The notes beneath the pieces are model-generated. The model searched no databases and had not been told where the DNA came from. It worked only from the letters and a program-made list of their open reading frames with translations. A DNA stretch of 64,000 nt from an uncultured delta proteobacterium (lineage in GTDB: Bacteria > Desulfobacterota > Desulfuromonadia > Geobacterales > Pseudopelobacteraceae). Shown piece by piece: positions 17,738 to 27,460 of this stretch. Every line of letters starts with the position of its first letter. Position 1 is the first letter of the stretch. Location of the stretch: assembly GCA_963772835.1 (NCBI GenBank), contig CAVYYZ010000005.1, positions 1-64,000 of the forward strand, read 5' to 3'. Made by a program: the position numbers and the translations under genes.

Positions 17738-20700
17738 TTGGGAACTAACAAGGACAAGAGCCCGTCAGCAGCCGCCTCAAAACTGAGCTGCCAGGCAGAA
17801 GAACCGTTGCCGGGAAAAAAAAGTACCGCCCAGCCACCTCGGACCAAGCCGGCACAACAGAAACTTGACCATGAGCTCAAGGTTTACCAGATCGAGCTTG
17901 AGGTTCAAAATGCAGAACTGCGCCAGGCCCAGGATGCGCTTGAGAACCAGCAGATCGAACTGGAGCTGCAAAACGATGAACTGCGCCGGGCCCAGGAGGC
18001 ACTTGAGCGCCAACAGATCGAACTGGAGCTGCAAAACGATGAACTTCGTAAGGCACGTGAGGAACTTGAGGTCTCACGCAATAAATATTCCGAGCTCTAT
18101 GATTTTGCACCCGTTGGCTATTTCACGTTTGATTCGGGCGGAATGATACGGGGTGTAAATCTTACCGGCGCGAGCATGCTCGGAACAGAAAGGCAACTGC
18201 TGACAGACACGCCCTTTACCCGATTTATCACGGGAGACGACGGGACGGAGATTTTTACTGAACACCTGAAAACTGCTTTGGAAGGACAGGGAATTAAACG
18301 ATGTGAAATAAAACTCGCCGCACCTGACGGTACGACAATTTTTGCCCAGTTTCAAAGTTCCATTGTTGAAACTATCGATAACAATTATGGTTATATCCTT
18401 TCCTCAATTATTGATGGCACGGCGAGCAAAAAGCTGGAAACGGAAATCCAGGATGCCCGGGAATATGCCGAAAACATTGTAGAAACCGTACACAAGCCGC
18501 TTGTGGTGCTGAGTTATGACCTGAAGATCCTCACCGCCAATGACAGCTTTTACGACACCTTCAAGGTAACCCCCGAGGAAACCATCGGAAACTTCATCTA
18601 CGACCTCGGTAACCGGCAGTGGGACATTCCCCGGTTGCGGGAGCTCTTTGAAGACATCCTCCCCAATGATACCGTCTTCAATGCTTTTGAAGTAGATCAT
18701 GAATTTCCCGGAGTCGGCCGCAAGATCCTGCTGCTCAACGCCCGTCAGATTTTCCGGAAAAAAATCGGTTCACACATTATCCTCCTGGCCATGGAAGATA
18801 TCACCGGCCGTAGACTGTTCGAAGACTCGCAACTCCAGGCAGGGGCGCTACAGAGTGCGATTTTCAACAGCGCCAACTTCTCCAGCATCGCCACCGACGC
18901 AAAAGGGGTCATCCAGATTTTCAACGTCGGCGCGGAACGGATGTTGGGCTACACGGCTGCCGAAGTCATGAACCAGATCACGCCGGCTGATATCTCCGAC
19001 CCGCAGGAAGTGATCGCGCGCGCCGAGGCGCTCAGCATTGAGCTCGAAACCCCGATTACGCCCGGTTTCGAGGCGCTGGTTTTTAAAGCATCGCGCGGCA
19101 TCGAAGACATCTACGAACTGACCTACATCCGCAAGGACGGCAGCCGCTTCCCGGCGGTTGTGTCCGTTACGGCACTGCGCGACGCACAGGACGCCATCAT
19201 CGGGTACCTGTTGATCGGCACCGACAACACCGCCCGCAAACAGGCCGAAGAAGCCCTGCTCCAGGCGGGGGCGCTGCAGAGTGCGATTTTCAACAGCGCC
19301 AACTTCTCCAGCATCGCCACCGACGCAAAAGGGGTCATCCAGATTTTCAACGTCGGCGCGGAACGGATGCTGGGCTACACGGCTGCCGAAGTCATGAACC
19401 AGATCACGCCGGCTGATATCTCCGACCCGCAGGAAGTGATCGCGCGCGCCAAGGCGCTCAGCATCGAGCTCGAAACCCCGATTACGCCCGGTTTCGAGGC
19501 GCTGGTTTTTAAAGCATCGCGCGGCATCGAAGACATCTACGAACTGACCTACATCCGCAAGGACGGCAGCCGCTTCCCGGCGGTTGTGTCCGTTACGGCA
19601 CTGCGCGACGCACAGGACGCCATCATCGGGTACCTGTTGATCGGCACCGACAACACCGCCCGCAAACAGGCCGAAGAAGCCCTGCTCCAGGCGGGGGCGC
19701 TGCAGAGTGCGATTTTCAACAGCGCCAACTTCTCAAGCATCGCCACCGACGCCAAGGGGGTCATCCAGATTTTCAACGTCGGTGCGGAACGCATGCTGGG
19801 TTACACGGCTGCCGAAGTCATGAACCAGATCACGCCGGCTGACATCTCCGACCCGCAGGAGGTGATCGCACGCGCCAAGGCGCTCAGCATCGAGCTCGAA
19901 ACCCCGATTACGCCCGGTTTTGATGCCTTGGTGTTTAAGGCCCGGCGCGGGATAGAGGATATCTACGAACTGACCTATATCCGCAAGGACAGCAGCCGCT
20001 TCCCTGCGGTTGTGTCCGTCACGGCCCTGCGCGATATTCGGAATATCATCATCGGCTATCTGCTGATCGGCACAGACAACACGGCACGTATGCTCGTAGA
20101 AGCCGAGCGGGCCAGGCTCGACCAGGTACTGCATGACAAGAACACAGAGTTGGAGGGCGCCAAATCAACAGCTGAGAAAGCCAACCAGGCAAAATCGGAT
20201 TTCCTTTCCAGTATGAGCCATGAGCTGCGTACGCCGCTCGGTGCGATCCTCGGCTTCGCCCAGCTTCTGGAATCCGGAGTCCCGGAACCGACGGCCATCC
20301 AGAGGCGCAGCATCGACCAGATTCTCAAGGCCGGATGGTATCTGCTGGAGCTGATTAACGAAATCCTCGACCTGGCGCTGATCGAGTCCGGGAAGCTTTC
20401 CCTGTCACTGGAACCGGTATCACTGTTCGAAGTCATGCAAGAATGCGAGACCATGGTTGAACCCCAGGCTAAAAAGCATGGCGTCAGCGTGACCTTTACC
20501 CCTTTCGAAATGCCCTACTCTGTCAACGCCGACCGGACACGGGTTAAACAGATTGTCATTAACCTTCTATCCAACGCAATCAAGTACAACAAGACCGGTG
20601 GAAAGGTTACCGTGACCTGTACCCAGACCTCCCCGGATTCGGTTCGTATCATTGTCCGGGACACCGGAGACGGACTGACTCAGAAACAGCTTGGACAGCT

Positions 20701-21322
20701 GTTCCAGCCGTTCAATCGTCTCGGACAGGAAGCGCATTCCAAACAGGGCACAGGTATAGGCCTGGTCGTGTGCAAGCGGTTGATTGAATTAATGCAGGGG
20801 TCCATAGGCATGGAAAGTACGATCGGGGAAGGGAGTGTGTTCTGGGTCGAACTGAAACAGACCGCTGAAACACATGCAGTCGCCCAGGACACCAATTTGA
20901 CGCTGCTCACCACTCTGCCTGTTCAAGGCACAGGGCATTGTTACTCACTGCTCTACATAGAAGATAACCCGGCCAATATGATGCTGGTTGAGGATCTCAT
21001 TGCGCGTCGGCCCGATATCCGTTTTTTAAGTGCGCGGGACGCAGTACGGGGTATCGATATTGCGTGTGACTCCCTGCCGGATGTTATCCTGATGGACATC
21101 AACCTGCCCGGCATCAGCGGTATTGATGCCCTGAAAATACTGAAAAAGAACCCGATAACGGCGCACATCCCGATTGTGGCACTGAGTGCCAACGCCATAC
21201 CCCGGGATATTGAGACAGGTCTGGAGGCCGGATTCTTCCGTTACCTGACCAAACCGATCAGGGTCAACGAGTTTATGGAAACGCTGGATGTGGCACTTGA
21301 ATTCGCAAAGAAACACCCGTAG
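17738..21322 (+). CDS. cytoplasmic hybrid histidine kinase (coiled coil, 5 PAS, HisKA, HATPase, REC)
   Basis: FLSSMSHELRTPL, NLLSNAIKY, DTGDG and GTGIGL boxes; REC ILMDINLP. TTG start inferred by alignment with the N-termini of paralogs (ORF track starts at 17564). Confidence 0.88.
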   Translation: MGTNKDKSPSAAASKLSCQAEEPLPGKKSTAQPPRTKPAQQKLDHELKVYQIELEVQNAELRQAQDALENQQIELELQNDELRRAQEALERQQIELELQNDELRKAREELEVSRNKYSELYDFAPVGYFTFDSGGMIRGVNLTGASMLGTERQLLTDTPFTRFITGDDGTEIFTEHLKTALEGQGIKRCEIKLAAPDGTTIFAQFQSSIVETIDNNYGYILSSIIDGTASKKLETEIQDAREYAENIVETVHKPLVVLSYDLKILTANDSFYDTFKVTPEETIGNFIYDLGNRQWDIPRLRELFEDILPNDTVFNAFEVDHEFPGVGRKILLLNARQIFRKKIGSHIILLAMEDITGRRLFEDSQLQAGALQSAIFNSANFSSIATDAKGVIQIFNVGAERMLGYTAAEVMNQITPADISDPQEVIARAEALSIELETPITPGFEALVFKASRGIEDIYELTYIRKDGSRFPAVVSVTALRDAQDAIIGYLLIGTDNTARKQAEEALLQAGALQSAIFNSANFSSIATDAKGVIQIFNVGAERMLGYTAAEVMNQITPADISDPQEVIARAKALSIELETPITPGFEALVFKASRGIEDIYELTYIRKDGSRFPAVVSVTALRDAQDAIIGYLLIGTDNTARKQAEEALLQAGALQSAIFNSANFSSIATDAKGVIQIFNVGAERMLGYTAAEVMNQITPADISDPQEVIARAKALSIELETPITPGFDALVFKARRGIEDIYELTYIRKDSSRFPAVVSVTALRDIRNIIIGYLLIGTDNTARMLVEAERARLDQVLHDKNTELEGAKSTAEKANQAKSDFLSSMSHELRTPLGAILGFAQLLESGVPEPTAIQRRSIDQILKAGWYLLELINEILDLALIESGKLSLSLEPVSLFEVMQECETMVEPQAKKHGVSVTFTPFEMPYSVNADRTRVKQIVINLLSNAIKYNKTGGKVTVTCTQTSPDSVRIIVRDTGDGLTQKQLGQLFQPFNRLGQEAHSKQGTGIGLVVCKRLIELMQGSIGMESTIGEGSVFWVELKQTAETHAVAQDTNLTLLTTLPVQGTGHCYSLLYIEDNPANMMLVEDLIARRPDIRFLSARDAVRGIDIACDSLPDVILMDINLPGISGIDALKILKKNPITAHIPIVALSANAIPRDIETGLEAGFFRYLTKPIRVNEFMETLDVALEFAKKHP
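17888..18070 (+). repeat. 3 x 63-bp (21-aa, 3-heptad) tandem repeat
   Basis: Units start at 17888, 17951 and 18014: QIELExQNxELRxAxxxLExx. Confidence 0.9.
18833..20088 (+). repeat. 3 x 426-bp near-identical PAS-PAC repeats
   Basis: Units start at 18833, 19259 and 19685 (LQAGALQSAIFNSANFSSIATD...GTDNTAR). Confidence 0.95.
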
Positions 21323-21391
21323 GGGCGTATTGCATACGCCCTGGTGACCACTGCGGATATTGCAGCAGGGGCGCAAGCATTGCGCCCCTAC
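21319..21391. repeat. inverted pair of GTAG-type REP hairpins (REPIN-like)
   Basis: GTAGGGGCGTATTGCATACGCCC ... GGGGCGCAAGCATTGCGCCCCTAC. Confidence 0.75.
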
Positions 21392-21423
21392 ATCATAAAT
21401 TCAAACTCAACAAAGGAACAGAT

Positions 21424-22974
21424 ATGATGATTACCGAGTCCGATATTCTTGACGCCACCATCCTGATCGTTGACGATCAGGAAACCAATGTCATGCTGCT
21501 TGATCAACTGCTGCGAGAAGCCGGTCACACTTCTATTTCATCGACAATGAATCCGGAAGAGGTCTGTGAGCTGCATCGTACAAACAACTACGATCTTATC
21601 CTGCTTGACCTGCAGATGCCCGGCATGGATGGATTTCAGGTAATGGAAGCGCTTAAGGCAAACGAAACAGACCATTATCTTCCGGTTCTGGTGATCACGG
21701 CTCAACCGGAACACAAACTTCGCTCACTGCATTCCGGCGCGCGCGATTTCGTGAGCAAACCGTTTGACCTGATCGAAGTGAAGATGCGTATCCGCAACAA
21801 TCTGGAAGTTCGGCTGTTGTACAAAAAACTTGCAAATTACAACAGGGAGCTGGAACAGACTATCGGGGAACGCACCGGTGAACTGATCAGGACGAATGCA
21901 CAGCTTACTCAGGAAGTCGCGGAACGGAAAAAAGCAGAAGGGTCGTTACAGGGAACGTATGCGGAAATTAAAACACTGAAAGACCGTCTCCAGGAGGAAA
22001 ACATCTACCTGCAGCAGGAGGTTGCCAGGGAATACAATTTCGGTGAGATCATAGGACAAAGTTCTGTCCTGTCACGGGTATTCCTGCAGGTCGAGCAGGT
22101 AGCACCGATGAATGCGACCGTACTTCTCCTCGGCGAAACCGGCACCGGCAAGGGGGTGGTAGCACGCGCTATCCACAGCAGCAGTGCACGCAAGGGACGT
22201 CCGTTGATTACGGTTAACTGTACAACACTGCCATCGACGCTGGTGGAAAGCGAACTCTTCGGTCGTGAGCGGGGTGCGTTCACCGGGTCTGATGCCCGCC
22301 AGATCGGACGCTTTGAACTGGCTGACGGCGGCACCATCTTCCTCGACGAAATCGGCGAGATGCCGCTTGAGCTTCAAGGCAAACTGCTTCGGGTCATTCA
22401 GGACGGCGAGTTCGAGCGATTAGGCAGTCCACGCACCATAAAAGTAGACGTCAGAATCATCGCTGCCACCAACCGCAATCTGGGAGATGAAGTCAAAAAC
22501 GGTACCTTCCGCGAGGATCTGTTCTACCGGCTGAATGTGTTCCCCATTACGATGCCGCCGCTCCGCCAGCGCAAAGATGATATTCCGCTGCTCGTCAACC
22601 ACTTTGTTGCCAAATTCAACAAAAAGATCGGCAAAAAGATTGAGACCGTCTCGAAAGATACTCTGAACTCACTTCAGGAATATCACTGGCCCGGCAACGT
22701 GCGGGAACTGGAAAGTGTCATTGAACGTGCGGTTATCATCACCCAGGGGACTTCGCTGCAGGTATTGGATCGCTTCGAAACATTCCGGAAGGCAGGGGAA
22801 CCCGGAGAGTCTGATATCAAGGCCCTCGTTGAACTGGAACACGACCACATTCTCCAGGTGCTCAAGAAAACCGGCTGGCGCATCGAAGGAAAAAACGGTG
22901 CGGCGGTTATTCTTGGCCTCAACGCCAGCACCCTTCGTGCCCGGATGAGGAAGTACGGCATCGTTCGGGTGTAA
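21424..22974 (+). CDS. sigma54-dependent response regulator (REC + coiled coil + AAA+ + HTH)
   Basis: LLDLQMP (REC); [44 protein letters not shown]-terminal HTH. Confidence 0.95.
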   Translation: MMITESDILDATILIVDDQETNVMLLDQLLREAGHTSISSTMNPEEVCELHRTNNYDLILLDLQMPGMDGFQVMEALKANETDHYLPVLVITAQPEHKLRSLHSGARDFVSKPFDLIEVKMRIRNNLEVRLLYKKLANYNRELEQTIGERTGELIRTNAQLTQEVAERKKAEGSLQGTYAEIKTLKDRLQEENIYLQQEVAREYNFGEIIGQSSVLSRVFLQVEQVAPMNATVLLLGETGTGKGVVARAIHSSSARKGRPLITVNCTTLPSTLVESELFGRERGAFTGSDARQIGRFELADGGTIFLDEIGEMPLELQGKLLRVIQDGEFERLGSPRTIKVDVRIIAATNRNLGDEVKNGTFREDLFYRLNVFPITMPPLRQRKDDIPLLVNHFVAKFNKKIGKKIETVSKDTLNSLQEYHWPGNVRELESVIERAVIITQGTSLQVLDRFETFRKAGEPGESDIKALVELEHDHILQVLKKTGWRIEGKNGAAVILGLNASTLRARMRKYGIVRV

Positions 22975-23144
22975 ATCGGCAGTTCATGAACCACAGAGCA
23001 ACTGAGCAACTGAGAAGGCAAAAAGTTACATAAATAACAGGCATAACCAAAAGGAGAGTATTTTTTCTGGTTTTCACCTGAATTCTTCTTTGTTTTACTC
23101 AGTTGCTCTGTTGCTCTGTGTTTCAAATGATTTTTCTAGGATTA
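22975..23144. repeat. extragenic palindromic element with tandem 9-mer inverted arms
   Basis: AACCACAGAGCAACTGAGCAACTGAG ... CTCAGTTGCTCTGTTGCTCTGTGTTT; same layout as 46413..46564. Confidence 0.65.
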
Positions 23145-23161
23145 TAAATCCAAAACCATCA

Positions 23162-23297
23162 CCTCCACATATGACAGTAATGTCACACATGACGGATTCC
23201 GTTAACAGTTTCCACCTCACATCTTTTATTACTCTCCTATTTATCCCTTTAAAAACAGACAGTTGTATCTGCAGCACCTCTCTGGCACGCTAGTTGC
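23162..23297 (+). promoter_or_regulatory. sigma54 promoter cassette
   Basis: Palindromes 23162-23177 and 23180-23195; IHF-like site 23253-23265; TGGCAC-GCTAG-TTGC at 23283-23297. Confidence 0.85.
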
Positions 23298-23389
23298 GTT
23301 CTATTCTGCCTGTAGAACAGCGGAAGCATCCTGCTTTCATCTGTTTTTCATACAGACATGCTCATTCAACTACATTCAGGGAGATTCTG

Positions 23390-23989
23390 ATGGATAAACC
23401 TGACACCATGGTGAAAATCCAGACTCTGGGACGCTTCAACATTTCTGTCGATGGTAAAACGGCCGCAATCGACTGGCCGGACGAAACGTTACAAGTGTTT
23501 TTCTGTTCTCTCCTTTCGCCGCTCGACCTCTACTTCACCCGGGACCGGATCTGCCGATCCATGTGGGATATCCCGGCGACACAAACCAGCAGGCGTCGCC
23601 TGGAAAAAATGATTATCCAGCCACTTGGGAGTTTTCTGGTACGGGAACTGGGTTTTAACCCGCTCCTGGCCGGACCGGAAGGAATACGCATAGACCAGCA
23701 ACGGATACATTTGGATGCCGTTGATTTTTACCGGACTGTTCTGGAAGGACTCCGATTGTTTTCACTTTCCCACTATCCCGCAGCACTCGAAACACTGGTA
23801 CGAGCCAACGAACTCTACACGGGAAGCTATCTGCCCGGAATTCCGGGAAAAATCATCTCCAGCACTCGCAATGAGCTTGAAACGCTTTACCGGACTGCGG
23901 TTTTGGGTGCAATACCGCTCACGCAGAGTCACGACGGTCAGGACCACAACGGAAAGGGCAAAACCATTGCTGCATTGAAGGCTGCCTGA
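23390..23989 (+). CDS. SARP/BTAD-like regulator (short)
   Basis: IQTLGRFNISVDG, RDRICRSMW, HLDAVDF and ANELYTGSYLPG resemble AfsR/SARP-family motifs; start placed downstream of the sigma54 promoter. Confidence 0.6.
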   Translation: MDKPDTMVKIQTLGRFNISVDGKTAAIDWPDETLQVFFCSLLSPLDLYFTRDRICRSMWDIPATQTSRRRLEKMIIQPLGSFLVRELGFNPLLAGPEGIRIDQQRIHLDAVDFYRTVLEGLRLFSLSHYPAALETLVRANELYTGSYLPGIPGKIISSTRNELETLYRTAVLGAIPLTQSHDGQDHNGKGKTIAALKAA

Positions 23990-24046
23990 AATCGGGCTAA
24001 GTGGCAGAGCATGACAGAGTCAGGCACTCAGTAACGGAGTCACTTC

Positions 24047-24421
24047 ATGGCAACAACTATCAAGATTATAACGGCACGGGATTTTCTTGAGGTAACAACC
24101 GACGGAATTGTCACTATGGCTACGAGCAGACAACTCATCTCTGATATTGCGAACGCTGAGCATAATCTTGCTGACTATGAACTGCTCGTCGATTTCCGGG
24201 ACACACAATCCCAACTGTCAGTTATGAATGTGTATGAACTTGCTGCGGAGCTTTGCAAGCATGGCACAGCGTTTCGCAGAAAAGTTGCGTTGGTTGTTAC
24301 TCCGGGATTCAATTCCGATCAGGCCAACTTTTTTGAAACCTGCTCGCACAACCGTGGATTCTCAGTAAATGCCTATACGGACTATGAATCGGCTCTGCGC
24401 TGGATTCTTGAAGCGGATTAG
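24047..24421 (+). CDS. SpoIIAA/STAS-like small protein
   Basis: LLVDFRD..KVALVV..FFET...NRG..F/YxDxExALxW pattern. Confidence 0.6.
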   Translation: MATTIKIITARDFLEVTTDGIVTMATSRQLISDIANAEHNLADYELLVDFRDTQSQLSVMNVYELAAELCKHGTAFRRKVALVVTPGFNSDQANFFETCSHNRGFSVNAYTDYESALRWILEAD

Positions 24422-25350
24422 TGATTCTGATGGGAACAGCAGGAAATCGTGTATGCTTATTTCTCCTCACTATTGCCTCTGTCATTCTGTTTTCCGCAGA
24501 TTTTGCTTCTTCCGCTGCAAAACCCCGGCAAAGTAAAGATATACTCCTCCAAACCTATCTGCAGAACAAAGCCAAACTGGAAACAAGCAGCTTCGGTCTT
24601 CCACTCTTTCTGGACTCTTATGAGCGGGACGAACGAGTACATGTGGATGTCTACGGAATCTTCCCGCACCCCTTCAGTAGCATTGCCGGCAAACTAAGGA
24701 TACCGGCAAACTGGTGCGATATCGTGGCCATCCATCCCAATGTCAAGGCCTGCACCTGGGGAGAGCAGTCAGGTTCAGGAGTGCTGAACTTCTACGTCGG
24801 AAAGAAAACGTATCAACCACCGGAAGAGGCACGTCAGGTAAAATTCCGGTATCAGATTGTCAGTCAACAGAAGAAATATCAGGACATTATTCTCAGCGCC
24901 GACGAAGGTCCGTTCGGCACAAAGAACCACATCATGAGATTCGAAGCTATTCCGCTTGATGGCGGCAGGACCTTTGTCCATGTGAGTTATGAATACAGCG
25001 ACAGCACAACGCTCCGTCTTGCGGGAAAAGCCTATTTTTCGACTTTCGGCCGGAGCAAGGTCGGATTTACGATAACAGGGACAGATGATAAGGATCAGTC
25101 GCTCTATATCGGTGGACCACGAGGAGCGATTGAGCGCAATGCAGTTCGCTACTATTTAGCCATCCAGTCCTTCATGAATACCGTGCGATATCCCGAAAAC
25201 AGCATGTTCAGCATGAGAATCAACCAGTGGTTCGATCTTACAACACGCTTCCCGAAGCAGTTCTCCGATCTGGAAAAAATTGACTATCTGGCGTCAAAAT
25301 CGAAAGAGCATACCAACCAGATAAAACTTCAACGGATGATCGGGCAGTAA
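24421..25350 (+). CDS. exported hypothetical protein
   Basis: Long ORF coupled to the previous gene; N-terminal signal-like stretch; start could be 24429. Confidence 0.7.
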   Translation: MILMGTAGNRVCLFLLTIASVILFSADFASSAAKPRQSKDILLQTYLQNKAKLETSSFGLPLFLDSYERDERVHVDVYGIFPHPFSSIAGKLRIPANWCDIVAIHPNVKACTWGEQSGSGVLNFYVGKKTYQPPEEARQVKFRYQIVSQQKKYQDIILSADEGPFGTKNHIMRFEAIPLDGGRTFVHVSYEYSDSTTLRLAGKAYFSTFGRSKVGFTITGTDDKDQSLYIGGPRGAIERNAVRYYLAIQSFMNTVRYPENSMFSMRINQWFDLTTRFPKQFSDLEKIDYLASKSKEHTNQIKLQRMIGQ

Positions 25351-25398
25351 GCGGTTGTGCCGAGGTTTCCAGCAGATCTTCTCACTGACATGAGTCCT

Positions 25399-25995
25399 CT
25401 ATTTCACCGGTTTTTCTTCTTTCGCAATCTGAATAATTTTTTTGGCAATATCTTCCGGAGAGAGAATAAAATCAATACAGCCGCTCTCTATTGCGCTTTC
25501 CGGCATATCCGGCTGTGCGGCGGTTTCCGGTTTCTGCGCAATGGTGACGCCACCCGCTTCCTTTATGCCGCACAAGGCTGCGGCTCCGTCGCCGTCATAG
25601 CCGGAGACAATGACCGCAATCAGTCTGCCGTCCCAGTGCTCCGTCATGGAACGCATGAACACCGTAATTACGTCCGGCCAGCCATGGGGTTTTGATATCG
25701 GCTTCAGACGGAACTCACCGTCAAGAACGTGCAGATCGCGTTTTTCCGGAATAATAAAGACATGGTTCGGTTGAATATCCAGACGTTCCGTGATCAACTC
25801 TACCGGCATCGATGTAAAGTTCGGGAGAATCTCGTGGAGCATGGTCGCTACGGTTCTCAGGTGATTCACGATAACGATGGCTGCTCCCATATCCGCCGGC
25901 AGATGCCTGAGCAGCCGGGTATAGGCGTCAAGGCCGCCGGCCGAACCACCCACGCAGACCACCGGAAAGTTTTTTGTATCAGTCGTGGTTGCCAT
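25399..25995 (-). CDS. cheB: stand-alone CheB methylesterase (no REC domain)
   Basis: GGSAGG, VNHL and GYDGDG catalytic motifs, DMPESAI; start MATTTDTKNFP with SD GGAGGG. Confidence 0.88.
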   Translation of the reverse strand: MATTTDTKNFPVVCVGGSAGGLDAYTRLLRHLPADMGAAIVIVNHLRTVATMLHEILPNFTSMPVELITERLDIQPNHVFIIPEKRDLHVLDGEFRLKPISKPHGWPDVITVFMRSMTEHWDGRLIAVIVSGYDGDGAAALCGIKEAGGVTIAQKPETAAQPDMPESAIESGCIDFILSPEDIAKKIIQIAKEEKPVK

Positions 25996-26821
25996 CTGTT
26001 CCCTCCTTGTCTGTTTTTTCATTCCTGCCGGCTCGCTGTACTCGCCCTGCCGGATCCTGGCAGTAGTAGGCACTGAGAACATGGTACAGATCCGGTGAAT
26101 GCTGCTGAAGAAGGAGCGGGCGATCAAAAAATTCCTCGGTGGCCACGGCGAAAAACTCGGCTTCGTTTTTTGCGCCATAGGCATCCAGAAAGGTCTTATG
26201 CCCCTGCCCGGCCAGGAGTCGCAAACGGGCAAACTCGCGGGTGCAGACGGCCACCCATGCAGCGAACTGGTCGCTGTCGGCAAGCGGCGGGGTGCCGTCG
26301 GCAGCTCCGTCGAGCATATCAAGCTTATGGGCAAACTCGTGGTAGACGACATTATGCCCCTGTTCAGGGTGACGCGCGCCGTGAAGAACGGCATCCCAGA
26401 CGAGGATTACCGGCCCCTGCGCACACGCCTGACCGATGATCGGGATAGATCCGTCCAGCGCACCGTCAATCCGCTCGAAAACGCCGGGGCGGTGTTCCGG
26501 CAACATGACCGCTGACGGGTAGACCAGAATTGATTCGACATTGCGGTAATAGTCATGCGACAGTCCCAGTTGCAGCAGGCACGCTTCGGCCGCAATGGTG
26601 ACGCGAATCTCGTCGGTGAGTTCGAGTCCGCCGCACCCCTCCCACTCTTTCTCCTCCAGAAAAACCTGCATCATGGCGCGCAATTCGTAGCGCTCAATAT
26701 CATCAAGCATCGAGTAGTGGGCAACGTTAGCGCAGACGAATGTTTCCCACGCAGGGGGAAACGGCCGGTTGCGCACACCTTCGCGACGTCCGTCACGGAG
26801 CCAGTCAAACATACGTACCAT
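25979..26821 (-). CDS. mtfA: M90-family zinc metallopeptidase (MtfA-like)
   Basis: GHNVVYHEFAHKLD; LDAYGAKNEAEFFAVATEEFF. Confidence 0.9.
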   Translation of the reverse strand: MVRMFDWLRDGRREGVRNRPFPPAWETFVCANVAHYSMLDDIERYELRAMMQVFLEEKEWEGCGGLELTDEIRVTIAAEACLLQLGLSHDYYRNVESILVYPSAVMLPEHRPGVFERIDGALDGSIPIIGQACAQGPVILVWDAVLHGARHPEQGHNVVYHEFAHKLDMLDGAADGTPPLADSDQFAAWVAVCTREFARLRLLAGQGHKTFLDAYGAKNEAEFFAVATEEFFDRPLLLQQHSPDLYHVLSAYYCQDPAGRVQRAGRNEKTDKEGTDGNHD

Positions 26822-26954
26822 CCTTCCGGGGTGCTATACGCATCCCGTCACCTGTACACCCGGATTTTTCACTCTGCACTTATCGCGCCCAGCAGGAGAA
26901 ATATGAAAGGCGGTTATGCACATTGCTCAAGTTAGATATTTAACTTTGGAAACA

Positions 26955-27061
26955 TTCCCTCCCCCCTGGCGGGGGAGGGTGAGGGTGGGGGGAAGGTTGC
27001 CATGATATCAGCATGTTGCAGCTTCACCCACCCCCTAACCCCCTCCCGTCAAGGGAGGGGG
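26955..27061. mobile_element. ORF-less derivative of the DUF559-flanking repeat pair (MITE/REP-like)
   Basis: CCCTCCCCCCTGGCGGGGGAGGGTGAGGGTGGGGGG..TGCCATGA..ATGTTGCAG..CCCACCCCCTAACCCCCTCCCGTCAAGGGAGGGG matches both ends of 17186..17612. Confidence 0.65.
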
Positions 27062-27170
27062 TACTTGTTGAGGACATCAACGTGTGTTTTGTAGATAAGC
27101 ATTTATGGAATTTCTGCCACAACTCACTGGTCACACAGAAGCCGGACTCACGTATTTCTCCTGAATCTGT

Positions 27171-27316
27171 CCACCACATACGACAGTTACGTCACAACTG
27201 ACGGATTCTGTTGACGGATCTCCACATGTTCCATCCGGAGTTTTTGAAACTTTTTCCCTGCAATCGGGCTGTTACGCCGATATCAGGTTCAGTTTCCTGT
27301 GCGGCACGTTAGTTGC
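27171..27316 (+). promoter_or_regulatory. sigma54 promoter cassette upstream of the riboswitch/IBP gene
   Basis: Palindromes 27171-27186 and 27189-27204; IHF-like site 27262-27274; CGGCAC-GTTAG-TTGC at 27302-27316. Confidence 0.85.
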
Positions 27317-27460
27317 TGACTACCTACGCAACCGAACATGCAGTTTCTGTCCGGAATACTTCGTAAGGAGGTGAGTAGAAGTTATCCGGGCGTAATGCCT
27401 GGACGTCTAAAAATGTATGCCGGCCGGCTTCCCATGCCGTATTCCGGTGTATATCCAGGT

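Noticed and set aside
22273..22290. GAFTGS instead of GAFTGA as a sign of inactive bEBPs
   Set aside because: The sigma54-contacting F and T are intact, and both paralogs keep the same variant with complete Walker motifs.
25996..26394. N-terminal extension of CheB suggesting a fusion
   Set aside because: It overlaps the M90 peptidase in another frame. A good SD precedes Met 25995.
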